From contig CANRDN010000009.1 in NCBI GenBank assembly GCA_947629375.1, positions 209-64,208 on the forward strand: a stretch of 64,000 nt of DNA, read 5' to 3'. This DNA comes from an uncultured Bacilli bacterium. GTDB lineage: Bacteria; Bacillota_I; Bacilli_A; RF39; UBA660. The position numbers and the translations under genes were made by a program. The notes beneath the pieces are model-generated. The model worked only from the letters and a program-made list of their open reading frames with translations, made no database searches and was not told where the DNA came from. Positions 15,933-24,741 of the stretch are shown piece by piece; positions within the stretch are counted from its first letter, which is position 1; every line of letters begins with the position of its first letter.

Positions 15933-18347
15933 ATGTATGATTTTGGTGATAACTTTCATATTAATTTAGCAGAATTAAGATCAAAACCACAGGCCATTAT
16001 ACAAGGTCAAAAATTTAGAATAACAATACTTACAGAAAGATTAGTAAGACTAGAGTACAGTCCATCTTCAACATTCAATGATTTAAAAACAGAACTAGTT
16101 TCGTTCCGTGATTTTGATGTACCTAAGTTTTCCAAAAAAGAAGATGAACAATTCCTAGAAGTAGAAACAAGTTATTTCAAGTTAACTTATTTTAAAGATT
16201 TAGATTTTAGAGGTACAAGATTAAACCCTACTAAGACTTTGAGAATAGAAGTAAAAAATACAGAAGCAGTATGGTATTATGGACACCCTGAAGCTAAAAA
16301 CTATTTTGGTTCCAATATAAGTACTGAAATCGCTAAAGGGGAAAATAAGGAAAATAGAGGATTATTCTCCCTTGACGGTATGGTTTCTTTTGATGATAGT
16401 GAAAATTTCCGTATAGATGAAATGGGATGTTATGAAAATCCTATTAAAGGAAATCTTGATGTCTATGTATTTATCTATAACAAAGATTTTGGTCTTTGTG
16501 TTCAAGATTACTTTAAATTGACAGGTATGCCTTCACTAATTCCTCGTTATGCTTTAGGAAACTGGTGGAGTAGAGATTTACCTTATACGGAACAAGAAAT
16601 AAGAGAACTTGTGGCTAATTTTGAAAAAAATGATATTCCATTATCTGTTTTCTTATTTGATAAAGACTGGCATATAAGAGATACTGATGCCTATAAAGGT
16701 TTAGAAACAGGTTATACATTTAATAATAAACTTATACCTGACCCTAAAACATTACTTAATGATTTGCATATGAAAGGTATTCGTGTAGGATTACAGATAA
16801 ATCCTAAAGATGGTTTTTATCCTCACGAAGCAAAATATCAAGATGTAAAAGCATTCTTAGGTGATAATAGAGATGGATTAATTGCAATTGACCCGTTAAA
16901 TCCTAAAATGTTGGATGCTATCTTAAAGTATGGTTTAATCCCACTAGAAGAGATGGGAGTAGATTTCTTCTGGAACGATTCAAGAGATGTTCAAAACATT
17001 CATAAACTATGGGTTCTTAATAACTATATGTTCAACAGTCTTTCAAGAAATCCAGCAAAACGTGGAATGATTCTTGCAAGAAACTCATTAAAAGCAGCTC
17101 ATAAGTATCCTGTACTTTATGCAGGAGAATCTAAAGTATCTTGGGCAAACTTTAGATCAACACCATTTTTTAACCTTTCAGCATCTAATATAGGTGTATG
17201 TTGGTGGAGTCACGATATAGGTGGATTTAAAGAAGGAATAGAAGACCCAGAACTTTATATTAGATCAATTCAACTTGGAGTATTCTCTCCAATTATGAGA
17301 TTCCATTCAGCTGGTGGAAAATACTATAAAAGAGAGCCTTGGAAATGGGATGTAAATACTAAAGCAATCGTATGTAGATATTTAAGACTAAGACATAGAC
17401 TTACTTCTTATCTATATACAGAAGCATATAAATATCACAAGACAGGTTCTATGATCTTCCAGCCACTTTATTATTACTTACCTAAAGTATATGATAATGA
17501 TGACTATAAGATTGAATACTTCTTTGGAAGTGAACTTCTAGTCGCACCAATAATAAATAAAATGAACCCAATAATGAAAAGAACGATTCATAAATTCTAT
17601 TTACCAGATGGTGTATGGTACGAATTTACTACTGGAAAAAGATATCCAGGTAATAAAAAGTACACATCTTTCTATAAACAAGAAGACTATCCAATCTTTG
17701 CTAAAAAGGGAAGTATAATTCCACTTTCTAACAAGAGCAATATCAATAACACATCTAATCCAACTGATATAGAAATCCACATCTTCCCAGGACAAAACAA
17801 TACATATCGTATGTATGAAGATGATGGAATAAGTAGCTTATATAAAGAAGGATTCTATCTAATAACAGAAATAGATTACAACTACTTACCAAATAACTAT
17901 ACAGTAATTATTAGATCCATCGAAGGAAAAACAGGTATTGTACCTGCAAAGAGAAACTACAAAATTAGATTTAGAAATACAAAGTACTCTGATGATGTAA
18001 TTGTATATTTCGATTCAACACAAATCCAAGTTACTAATAAGTATGTCGATGAAAATGACTTCATCGTTGAAATAGATGGCGTATCGACAGTAGGTCAGTT
18101 AACTGTTAACTGTAAAGGAAAAGATATCGAAATAGATGCAGTACACGTTATAAGCGAAGATATCGAGTCAATTCTACAAGATTTACAGATTGAAACAACA
18201 ATGAAGGAAAAAATTGCCGAAATACTATTTAGCGACTTAGCATACAACGAAAAAAGAATGCGTCTTATTAAATTAAAGAGACAAAATTTGGATAAATCCT
18301 TTGTTAATTTATTTAAACAAATACTTGAATATATGCAAGAAGTTTAA
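15933..18347 (+). CDS. glycoside hydrolase family 31 (alpha-glucosidase/alpha-xylosidase-like), cytoplasmic
   Basis: GH31-like FFWNDSRD nucleophile region and WWSHDIGGF acid/base region; no signal peptide. Confidence 0.8.
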   Translation: MYDFGDNFHINLAELRSKPQAIIQGQKFRITILTERLVRLEYSPSSTFNDLKTELVSFRDFDVPKFSKKEDEQFLEVETSYFKLTYFKDLDFRGTRLNPTKTLRIEVKNTEAVWYYGHPEAKNYFGSNISTEIAKGENKENRGLFSLDGMVSFDDSENFRIDEMGCYENPIKGNLDVYVFIYNKDFGLCVQDYFKLTGMPSLIPRYALGNWWSRDLPYTEQEIRELVANFEKNDIPLSVFLFDKDWHIRDTDAYKGLETGYTFNNKLIPDPKTLLNDLHMKGIRVGLQINPKDGFYPHEAKYQDVKAFLGDNRDGLIAIDPLNPKMLDAILKYGLIPLEEMGVDFFWNDSRDVQNIHKLWVLNNYMFNSLSRNPAKRGMILARNSLKAAHKYPVLYAGESKVSWANFRSTPFFNLSASNIGVCWWSHDIGGFKEGIEDPELYIRSIQLGVFSPIMRFHSAGGKYYKREPWKWDVNTKAIVCRYLRLRHRLTSYLYTEAYKYHKTGSMIFQPLYYYLPKVYDNDDYKIEYFFGSELLVAPIINKMNPIMKRTIHKFYLPDGVWYEFTTGKRYPGNKKYTSFYKQEDYPIFAKKGSIIPLSNKSNINNTSNPTDIEIHIFPGQNNTYRMYEDDGISSLYKEGFYLITEIDYNYLPNNYTVIIRSIEGKTGIVPAKRNYKIRFRNTKYSDDVIVYFDSTQIQVTNKYVDENDFIVEIDGVSTVGQLTVNCKGKDIEIDAVHVISEDIESILQDLQIETTMKEKIAEILFSDLAYNEKRMRLIKLKRQNLDKSFVNLFKQILEYMQEV

Positions 18348-18364
18348 TATAATAATCAATGTAA

Positions 18365-18569
18365 TTTGCTTTAAGAAGTAGTAGTAAAAAAAGTATTTAA
18401 AGAGAGCTAGAGATGGTGGAAACTAGTAATACTAATTTTATGAACTTGTCTTAAGAAAAAGAGCAAAGCGTAATTCTTGCGTTAAAGGAGTAGAGTGCAG
18501 AGATTTTCTCTGAATTAAGGTGGTACCACGAAATATTCGTCCTTAGCGGATGGATATTTTTTCTTTTTT
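18365..18569 (+). promoter_or_regulatory. T-box riboswitch leader, Leu specifier CUU
   Basis: Stem I base TTTGC/GCAAA with a specifier-loop AGTA motif. Codon CTT at 18445-18447 sits immediately 5-prime of helix TCTTAA. Distal loop GATGGTGGAAA. T-box sequence AATTAAGGTGGTACCACG at 18513-18530. A 13-bp terminator stem (18530-18560) is followed by a T-run. Confidence 0.85.
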
Positions 18570-18581
18570 GGAGGTCTAAAT

Positions 18582-18968
18582 ATGATAGAAACTTTTATAA
18601 CAATATTGATTGTATATATCGTCTATTATTTCGTATCTGTTACAAGGTATGATAAAAGTGGACATATAAAAAATAAGAAGAATCAAAAAGTAAGTGATTA
18701 TGATGGATTACCTTCAGAAGTAAAATACTTTGTTAAGAAGTATAAAATTGACTTAGAAAAAGTAAATTTAAGAGGGGTATTAAAACTTGTTGGACTGATA
18801 CTGGGAATAGATATAGCGATTTTATCACTTGCAGTACTACTTATATTTAGAGATAGTGTTCTCCTGCAGATAATTGTTTCAGTACTCTTAATTATTCCTA
18901 TATATTTAGTGAGTTTGAAATTTGCGGGAAATTATTTTAAAAAGAAAGGACTTGTAAAAGATGAATAA
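18582..18968 (+). CDS. small integral membrane protein (128 aa, about 3 TM), unknown function
   Basis: A GGAGG RBS follows directly after the T-box terminator. The stop overlaps the leuS ATG (ATGAATAA). Confidence 0.6.
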   Translation: MIETFITILIVYIVYYFVSVTRYDKSGHIKNKKNQKVSDYDGLPSEVKYFVKKYKIDLEKVNLRGVLKLVGLILGIDIAILSLAVLLIFRDSVLLQIIVSVLLIIPIYLVSLKFAGNYFKKKGLVKDE

Positions 18969-21372
18969 TATAAATGAAATAGAAAAGAAATGGCAAAATT
19001 ATTGGGATGAACATAAAACTTTTAAAGCTTATAACGATAGCAAAAAGGATTCTTTCTATGTATTAGTAGAGTTTCCTTATCCTAGTGGAGCAGGGCTTCA
19101 CGTAGGTCACGTTAGAAGTTATACAGCTCACGATGCAATTGCTAGAATGAAACGCCTTCAAGGCTATAATGTTTTATTCCCAATGGGATGGGATGCTTTT
19201 GGAGCACCAGCAGAAGAATATGCGATAAAGAATCATATTCACCCTAAGGAAGCAGTTAAAAAAAATATTGAGACATTTAAAAGACAGATGAAAACTTTAG
19301 GTTTCTCTTTTGATTGGGATAGAGAGTTTTCAACGACAGACCCTGAGTACTATAAATGGACACAGTGGCAATTCTTACAATTTTATAAACACGGAATGGC
19401 TTATAAAGATACAATTCCAGTAAACTGGTGTCCTAAATGTAAAACAGTACTTTCAAATGAAGATGCAGCAGGTGGTGTATGCGAGCGTTGTGGAACAGAA
19501 GTTGTGCAAAAAGAAAAATCACAATGGATGCTTAGAATGAGTACATATGCTGAAGACTTGTTAAAAGGTCTTGATGACACTGACTTTGCTGATCGTGTAA
19601 AACTAGGTCAAATAAACTGGATAGGTAAATCAACAGGAGTTGAAATGGATGTTGAAATTAAAGGTGGAGGAAAGTTCTCAATCTTTACTACTTGTATCGA
19701 AACTGTTTATGGAATAACGTTCTTTGTAATCGCACCAGATGGAAAATTAATTAAAGAATTGATGCCTAGAGTAGAAAATAAAGATGAAGTACAAAAATAT
19801 ATTGAAGAAACTAAAAAGAAATCTTCAATGGATAGAACAGAGTTAAATAAAGGTAAAACAGGTGTATTAGTTAAAGGAATAAAAGCTATAAACCCAATTA
19901 ACGGTAAAGAAGTACCAATCTTCTTAGGTGACTTCGTTTTAGGCGATTATGGAACTGGTGCTGTTATGGCAGTGCCTGCTCACGACCAAAGGGACTATGA
20001 ATATGCTAAAGTTCATAACCTTGACTTAGTAGAAGTTATCGAAGGTGGAAACATAAAAGAAAAAGCTTTCGAAAAATATGATTACTTAGGTAAAGGATGC
20101 AAACTTATTAATTCCGGAGAATTTACGGGATTAACTGTCGAAGAAGCTAAAGAAAAAATTACACAGATGCTTGAAGAAAAGAAAATAGCAAGACGTGTTA
20201 ACAACTACAAAATGAGAGATTGGATTTTCTCTCGTCAAAGATTCTGGGGTGAACCAATTCCAATGATTTATTGTGATAAATGTGGATGGGTTCCAATGGA
20301 TGAAAAAGATTTACCATTATTACTTCCAGATGTTGCCGAGTACGAGCCAACAGATAATGGAGAAAGCCCACTTGCTAAGATTACTGACTGGGTAAATACA
20401 ACTTGTCCAAAGTGTGGTAATCCTGCTAAAAGAGAAACAGATACGATGCCTAACTGGGCAGGATCTTCTTGGTATTTCTTAAGATTTATGGATGCTAAAA
20501 ATGATAAAGAATTTGCAAGTATGGATGCTATGAAATACTGGAAGAAAGTAGATTGGTATAATGGTGGAATGGAACATACAGCTCGTCACTTGTTATATGC
20601 TCGTTTTTGGGTACAGTTCTTATATAATATCGGACTTGTTCCAAGTAAGGAAATGATTTGGAAAAGAGTAAGTCACGGAATGGTTTTAGGAAGCGATAAC
20701 CAAAAGATGAGTAAATCTAAAGGAAATGTTATAAATCCAGATGATATCGTTAACGAATATGGTGCAGATACATTAAGAGTATACGAAATGTTTATGGGTG
20801 ACTATACTCAGGATGCTCCTTGGAGTACTGATTCCTTAAAAGGATGTAAAAGATTCTTAGATAAAGTAACAAGATTAAAAGATAAAGTTGTGGATAAAGA
20901 TGAATACACTAAAGAATTAGAGCCAATTATCCATAAAACTATTAAAAAAGTTCAAACAGACTTAATGAACTTAGGATTCAACACAGCTATTTCCCAACTT
21001 ATGATTTTAACGAATGCTTATGATTCACAAGAAAAGATTACCAAGAAGGACTATAACTTATTACTTACATTATTAAATCCAATCGCACCTCATATAACAG
21101 AAGAATTAAATGAAGAAATAGGTTACTCTCCAATATGTGAATCAAATTGGCCAGAGTTTGATGAATCAAAGACAGTCGAAGAAGAAAAAGAAATCGCTGT
21201 TCAAGTAAATGGTAAAGTAAGAGCTACTATTAAAATAAATGTAAATGATGGTGAAGATGTTATTAAAGAAAAAGCTTTAAAAGAAGAGAATGTGATTAAA
21301 CATCTAGATGGAAAAGAAGTTGTAAAAGTAATTGTTATAAAAGGAAAAATAGTAAATATTGTTGTTAAATAA
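18961..21372 (+). CDS. leuS: leucine--tRNA ligase
   Basis: HIGH-type motif GLHVGHVRSY, KMSKS motif, and Zn-finger CPKC...CERCG; 803 aa. Confidence 0.97.
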   Translation: MNNINEIEKKWQNYWDEHKTFKAYNDSKKDSFYVLVEFPYPSGAGLHVGHVRSYTAHDAIARMKRLQGYNVLFPMGWDAFGAPAEEYAIKNHIHPKEAVKKNIETFKRQMKTLGFSFDWDREFSTTDPEYYKWTQWQFLQFYKHGMAYKDTIPVNWCPKCKTVLSNEDAAGGVCERCGTEVVQKEKSQWMLRMSTYAEDLLKGLDDTDFADRVKLGQINWIGKSTGVEMDVEIKGGGKFSIFTTCIETVYGITFFVIAPDGKLIKELMPRVENKDEVQKYIEETKKKSSMDRTELNKGKTGVLVKGIKAINPINGKEVPIFLGDFVLGDYGTGAVMAVPAHDQRDYEYAKVHNLDLVEVIEGGNIKEKAFEKYDYLGKGCKLINSGEFTGLTVEEAKEKITQMLEEKKIARRVNNYKMRDWIFSRQRFWGEPIPMIYCDKCGWVPMDEKDLPLLLPDVAEYEPTDNGESPLAKITDWVNTTCPKCGNPAKRETDTMPNWAGSSWYFLRFMDAKNDKEFASMDAMKYWKKVDWYNGGMEHTARHLLYARFWVQFLYNIGLVPSKEMIWKRVSHGMVLGSDNQKMSKSKGNVINPDDIVNEYGADTLRVYEMFMGDYTQDAPWSTDSLKGCKRFLDKVTRLKDKVVDKDEYTKELEPIIHKTIKKVQTDLMNLGFNTAISQLMILTNAYDSQEKITKKDYNLLLTLLNPIAPHITEELNEEIGYSPICESNWPEFDESKTVEEEKEIAVQVNGKVRATIKINVNDGEDVIKEKALKEENVIKHLDGKEVVKVIVIKGKIVNIVVK

Positions 21373-21382
21373 GGAGGTATTT

Positions 21383-22777
21383 ATGTACGATGTGGTAATA
21401 GTAGGAGCAGGACCAGCAGGACTGTTTACTGCGTACGAACTTGTAGAACAAAACAAAAAGTTAAAAGTTGCAATTCTAGACCGTGGACTAAAAGCCGATA
21501 AAAGAGTATGTCCAATGAATAAGAATAAAACAGAATGCAAAAATTGTAAGCCTTGTGGAATTTTATCAGGATTTGGAGGAGCTGGAACTTTCTCTGATGG
21601 AAAACTAAATTTTGTTCCAAAACTGGGTAAGACAGATTTATTTAAGTATATGGGTCAAAAGGAAGCCTACGATTTAATTGACGATACCGAAAAAATCTTT
21701 AATAAGTTCAATATGGATAGCAAAGTTTATCCAACTAATATGGATGAAGCAGAAGAGATAAAAAAGAATATTTCTAAAGTTGGTGCAGACTTACTAATAA
21801 TAAAACAAAAACATTTAGGAAGTGATAAACTACCTGGATATATCGATGGTATTTCAAACTACCTTCAAGATAGAGGTGTAGATTTATTTGAGCACTCTGA
21901 TGTTTTGGATATAAGTAAGGATGATAAAAATTACAAAGTAGTCTACGAAAGTCAAAAGAAAGAAAACACGATAAAAGCTAAATATGTAGTAGTGGCACCT
22001 GGAAGAACAGGAGCAAAATGGATTCAAGAATTAGCAGATAAATATAATATTCCATATGTATCTCAAAGTATTGAAATAGGTGTTAGAGTAGAAACAAGAA
22101 AAGAAATTTTAAGCGATATTACTAATGTTATTTACGACCCTACAATCTTTATAAAGACTAAGACTTACGGTGATGAAATAAGAACATTCTGCACAAATCC
22201 TGGTGGATTCGTAACAAAAGAAAACTATGAAGGATATATCTGTGTCAATGGACACTCATTAAAAGATATTAAATCAAATAATAGTAACTTTGCTTTTATC
22301 TCTAAAGTAACTTTAACTCATCCAACTACAAATACAAGATTATATGGTGAATCAATTGCAAGAATTGCTAACGTTTTAGGAGCAGGAAAACCTATAATTC
22401 AATCTTTAAAAGATTTAAAGCAAGGAAGAAGAAGTGAGTGGCATAGAATTGATAAAGGTTTTGTTGAACCAACTTTAAAAGATTGTGTTGCGGGAGACTT
22501 ATCACTAGTACTACCTCATAGAATCATTTTAAATATACTAGAAGGACTTGAAACTCTTGATAAAATTATACCTGGTGTTAATAACGATGAAACATTACTA
22601 TATGGACCAGAAATAAAATTCTTTAGTAATGAGATAACAACAGATAACAATATGAAAATTGAAAACGAAGATATCTACTTCGTTGGAGATGGCGCTGGAA
22701 AAGCTGGTAACATAGTAGCAGCTGCTGCAACTGGACTAATCGCCGCAAGAGATATTTTAAGAAGAATTGACAAATAA
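21383..22777 (+). CDS. FAD-dependent oxidoreductase (COG2509-like)
   Basis: MYDVVIVGAGPAGL dinucleotide-binding motif and C-terminal GDGAG. AGGAGG RBS; the track start at 21359 lies inside leuS. Confidence 0.8.
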   Translation: MYDVVIVGAGPAGLFTAYELVEQNKKLKVAILDRGLKADKRVCPMNKNKTECKNCKPCGILSGFGGAGTFSDGKLNFVPKLGKTDLFKYMGQKEAYDLIDDTEKIFNKFNMDSKVYPTNMDEAEEIKKNISKVGADLLIIKQKHLGSDKLPGYIDGISNYLQDRGVDLFEHSDVLDISKDDKNYKVVYESQKKENTIKAKYVVVAPGRTGAKWIQELADKYNIPYVSQSIEIGVRVETRKEILSDITNVIYDPTIFIKTKTYGDEIRTFCTNPGGFVTKENYEGYICVNGHSLKDIKSNNSNFAFISKVTLTHPTTNTRLYGESIARIANVLGAGKPIIQSLKDLKQGRRSEWHRIDKGFVEPTLKDCVAGDLSLVLPHRIILNILEGLETLDKIIPGVNNDETLLYGPEIKFFSNEITTDNNMKIENEDIYFVGDGAGKAGNIVAAAATGLIAARDILRRIDK

Positions 22778-22790
22778 TTCTTCTTTTTTT
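22759..22790 (+). terminator. intrinsic terminator of the leuS operon
   Basis: Perfect 10-bp stem AAGAAGAATT / AATTCTTCTT followed by T5. Confidence 0.7.
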
Positions 22791-22826
22791 GACAAATAAA
22801 AATGTTATTATTTCTTCGGTGATAAA

Positions 22827-23000
22827 ATGAAAGTAAAATTATTTGATGAATCTCACGAGTTAGATTTAGAAGAAGATATTAATAACTTTTTAGAAGATAA
22901 CAAAGATAAGGAAATAGTGGATATTAAATTTCAAGTGTCAATCTCAATCTATAAAGATGAACAGATTTACTGCTTTTCAGCAATGATAATGTATAAATAA
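22827..23000 (+). CDS. cse60: Cse60-family sporulation protein (57 aa), absent from the ORF track
   Basis: My translation is MKVKLFDESHELDLEEDINNFLEDNKDKEIVDIKFQVSISIYKDEQIYCFSAMIMYK. This resembles B. subtilis Cse60/YteV (KVKLFDE.HE.DLE...N.FL). Confidence 0.6.
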   Translation: MKVKLFDESHELDLEEDINNFLEDNKDKEIVDIKFQVSISIYKDEQIYCFSAMIMYK

Positions 23001-23083
23001 TTAACGAAACTTGTTTGTAAGATTATGTTCTCTATGTTATATTATAATCTAGAATGTTGGGGTAGAAAAGGGGATGGAAAAAA

Positions 23084-23239
23084 ATGAGGAAGAAATTTGA
23101 TCAAATAGCAAAAGAATTAAAAGTAAAAGGAATTATAAAAGATTCTAAAGCAAAAGGAATGATAAAGCCTCTTAAAGAAGCATTTAAAGAAAACCCTACT
23201 AAAATTGAAGCACATAGAGGTGACTTAAACTATTTTTAA
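23084..23239 (+). CDS. small basic protein (51 aa, MRKKFDQIAKELKVKG...RGDLNYF), absent from the ORF track
   Basis: AAAGGGGA RBS region upstream; open frame from my own translation. Confidence 0.35.
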   Translation: MRKKFDQIAKELKVKGIIKDSKAKGMIKPLKEAFKENPTKIEAHRGDLNYF

Positions 23240-23284
23240 AATAAAGCATAATTGCATTTGAACTATTATAGTAGGAGGGATTTT

Positions 23285-23467
23285 ATGATAGAGAAATGTA
23301 TGGAGAAAAAAGATGTTATTGATACTAAAAGGATTAAAGAAAACATTGATAAATTATCTTCAATAGATAAGTCTTTAATTCCACAATATCTAGATAACAT
23401 TAAAAATGATGTTTTAAAAAAACAGAAGGAAATAACTAGAGATAATCCTTATTATAAATATTTATAA
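23285..23467 (+). CDS. small hypothetical protein (60 aa)
   Basis: GTAGGAGGGA RBS 5-7 nt upstream of the ATG at 23285, with a terminator-like hairpin downstream (about 23483-23530). Confidence 0.4.
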   Translation: MIEKCMEKKDVIDTKRIKENIDKLSSIDKSLIPQYLDNIKNDVLKKQKEITRDNPYYKYL

Positions 23468-23595
23468 GGTTGTTTAAAAAAATAAACAAGACATTTAGGA
23501 TAAGTCCTATTAAATAGTTCTTGTTTTTTTTTATTTCAAGAAGTTAAAAAAATAATTAGTATAATCGTAGTTTTATAGCATTTGTACAGGTTTTG

Positions 23596-23604
23596 TGTTA
23601 TAAT
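23596..23604 (+). promoter_or_regulatory. extended -10 promoter element TGTTATAAT
   Basis: Lies inside the track N-terminal extension (TTG at 23593), which supports the ATG at 23629 as the true start. Confidence 0.45.
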
Positions 23605-23628
23605 GACTTTATAATAGGAGTGGTGTGT

Positions 23629-24741
23629 ATGGAAAAGAACATTTGCAAATATTGTGGCACTGAAATAGAAGAAGGCGTTTTAATATGCCCTAAATGTGGT
23701 AAAGCAATAAATGAATTGCCAAAAGAAGAAACTGTAACACCTAAAGTAGAAGTTGAACCTATTGAAAAGCTAGTTGATGAAAACGAAGCACCTCCTTATG
23801 TCGAAGAGTATGTTGAAGAGACAAAAGAACCAAACACATCGACAATACCTCTACCATCTATTAAGGTAGAATTAGATAAACCAGAAGAAACACCAATAAA
23901 AAAAGGCAAGAACATTCTTGAAACTTTAAAGAATGTATATAATTCCTCTAAATTTGATAAAATTAAAAAGATTGTAAACATCTCTTTAGGTTCTGTACTT
24001 GTTCTTGTCATTGCTTTAGTTACATATAGAAATGCAAGCGTTTCATATCCATCTTACAAAACAAGAAAAGGTTATGTTGAAGGAAACAAACTAAATGGCA
24101 ATAAAAACATAACTTTAGTAAATCAAAAATTAAATATCGATTTAAGTGACCCAAAATATAGTCAACTTGATTATGATGGGGACAAATTAACTAATGCTGA
24201 GGAAATACAATATAAAACGAATCCATACATAAAAGATTCAGATAATGATGGGTTAACAGATAATGAAGAAGTTAAAATATTTAATAGTGATCCTAACAAA
24301 TTTTCTACATCTGGGGACTCTATAAGTGACTATTCTAAAATAAGGAAGAAACTTGACATAAATCAAAAATATAATGAAAGTTTAGTATTAAACAAAGAAG
24401 CAGAATACACTACTATTATCACCAAAATGCCTGATGATGTTGAATCAGAAGTAAAGGGAAGAATAACTAGTGCATATTTTTCTATCACAACTGGTATAAG
24501 TGCAAATAAGATAACATTTTCTAACTATGTAGGAAAAATAAAATATAAAATTACAAACAATGATTTTCTTCTATTAATTAAAGATAACAATGGTTATAAA
24601 AAAGCAAATAATTATGTATTAGGTAATAATGAAATGATTATTACAATAAAGAAAGAAGACGAGGGAAAAGCATTCTACTTAATCTCTAAAGAAAATTATG
24701 AAAAATATGAAAAACTTATAAATGGAGATGAAGAGAAATGA
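23629..24741 (+). CDS. zinc-ribbon / single-TM / extracellular TSP3-repeat protein (370 aa)
   Basis: CKYCGTEIEEGVLICPKCG zinc ribbon; a P/E-rich linker; TM helix IVNISLGSVLVLVIALVTY; calcium-binding-type repeats DYDGDKLTNAEE and DSDNDGLTDNEE. Confidence 0.65.
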   Translation: MEKNICKYCGTEIEEGVLICPKCGKAINELPKEETVTPKVEVEPIEKLVDENEAPPYVEEYVEETKEPNTSTIPLPSIKVELDKPEETPIKKGKNILETLKNVYNSSKFDKIKKIVNISLGSVLVLVIALVTYRNASVSYPSYKTRKGYVEGNKLNGNKNITLVNQKLNIDLSDPKYSQLDYDGDKLTNAEEIQYKTNPYIKDSDNDGLTDNEEVKIFNSDPNKFSTSGDSISDYSKIRKKLDINQKYNESLVLNKEAEYTTIITKMPDDVESEVKGRITSAYFSITTGISANKITFSNYVGKIKYKITNNDFLLLIKDNNGYKKANNYVLGNNEMIITIKKEDEGKAFYLISKENYEKYEKLINGDEEK

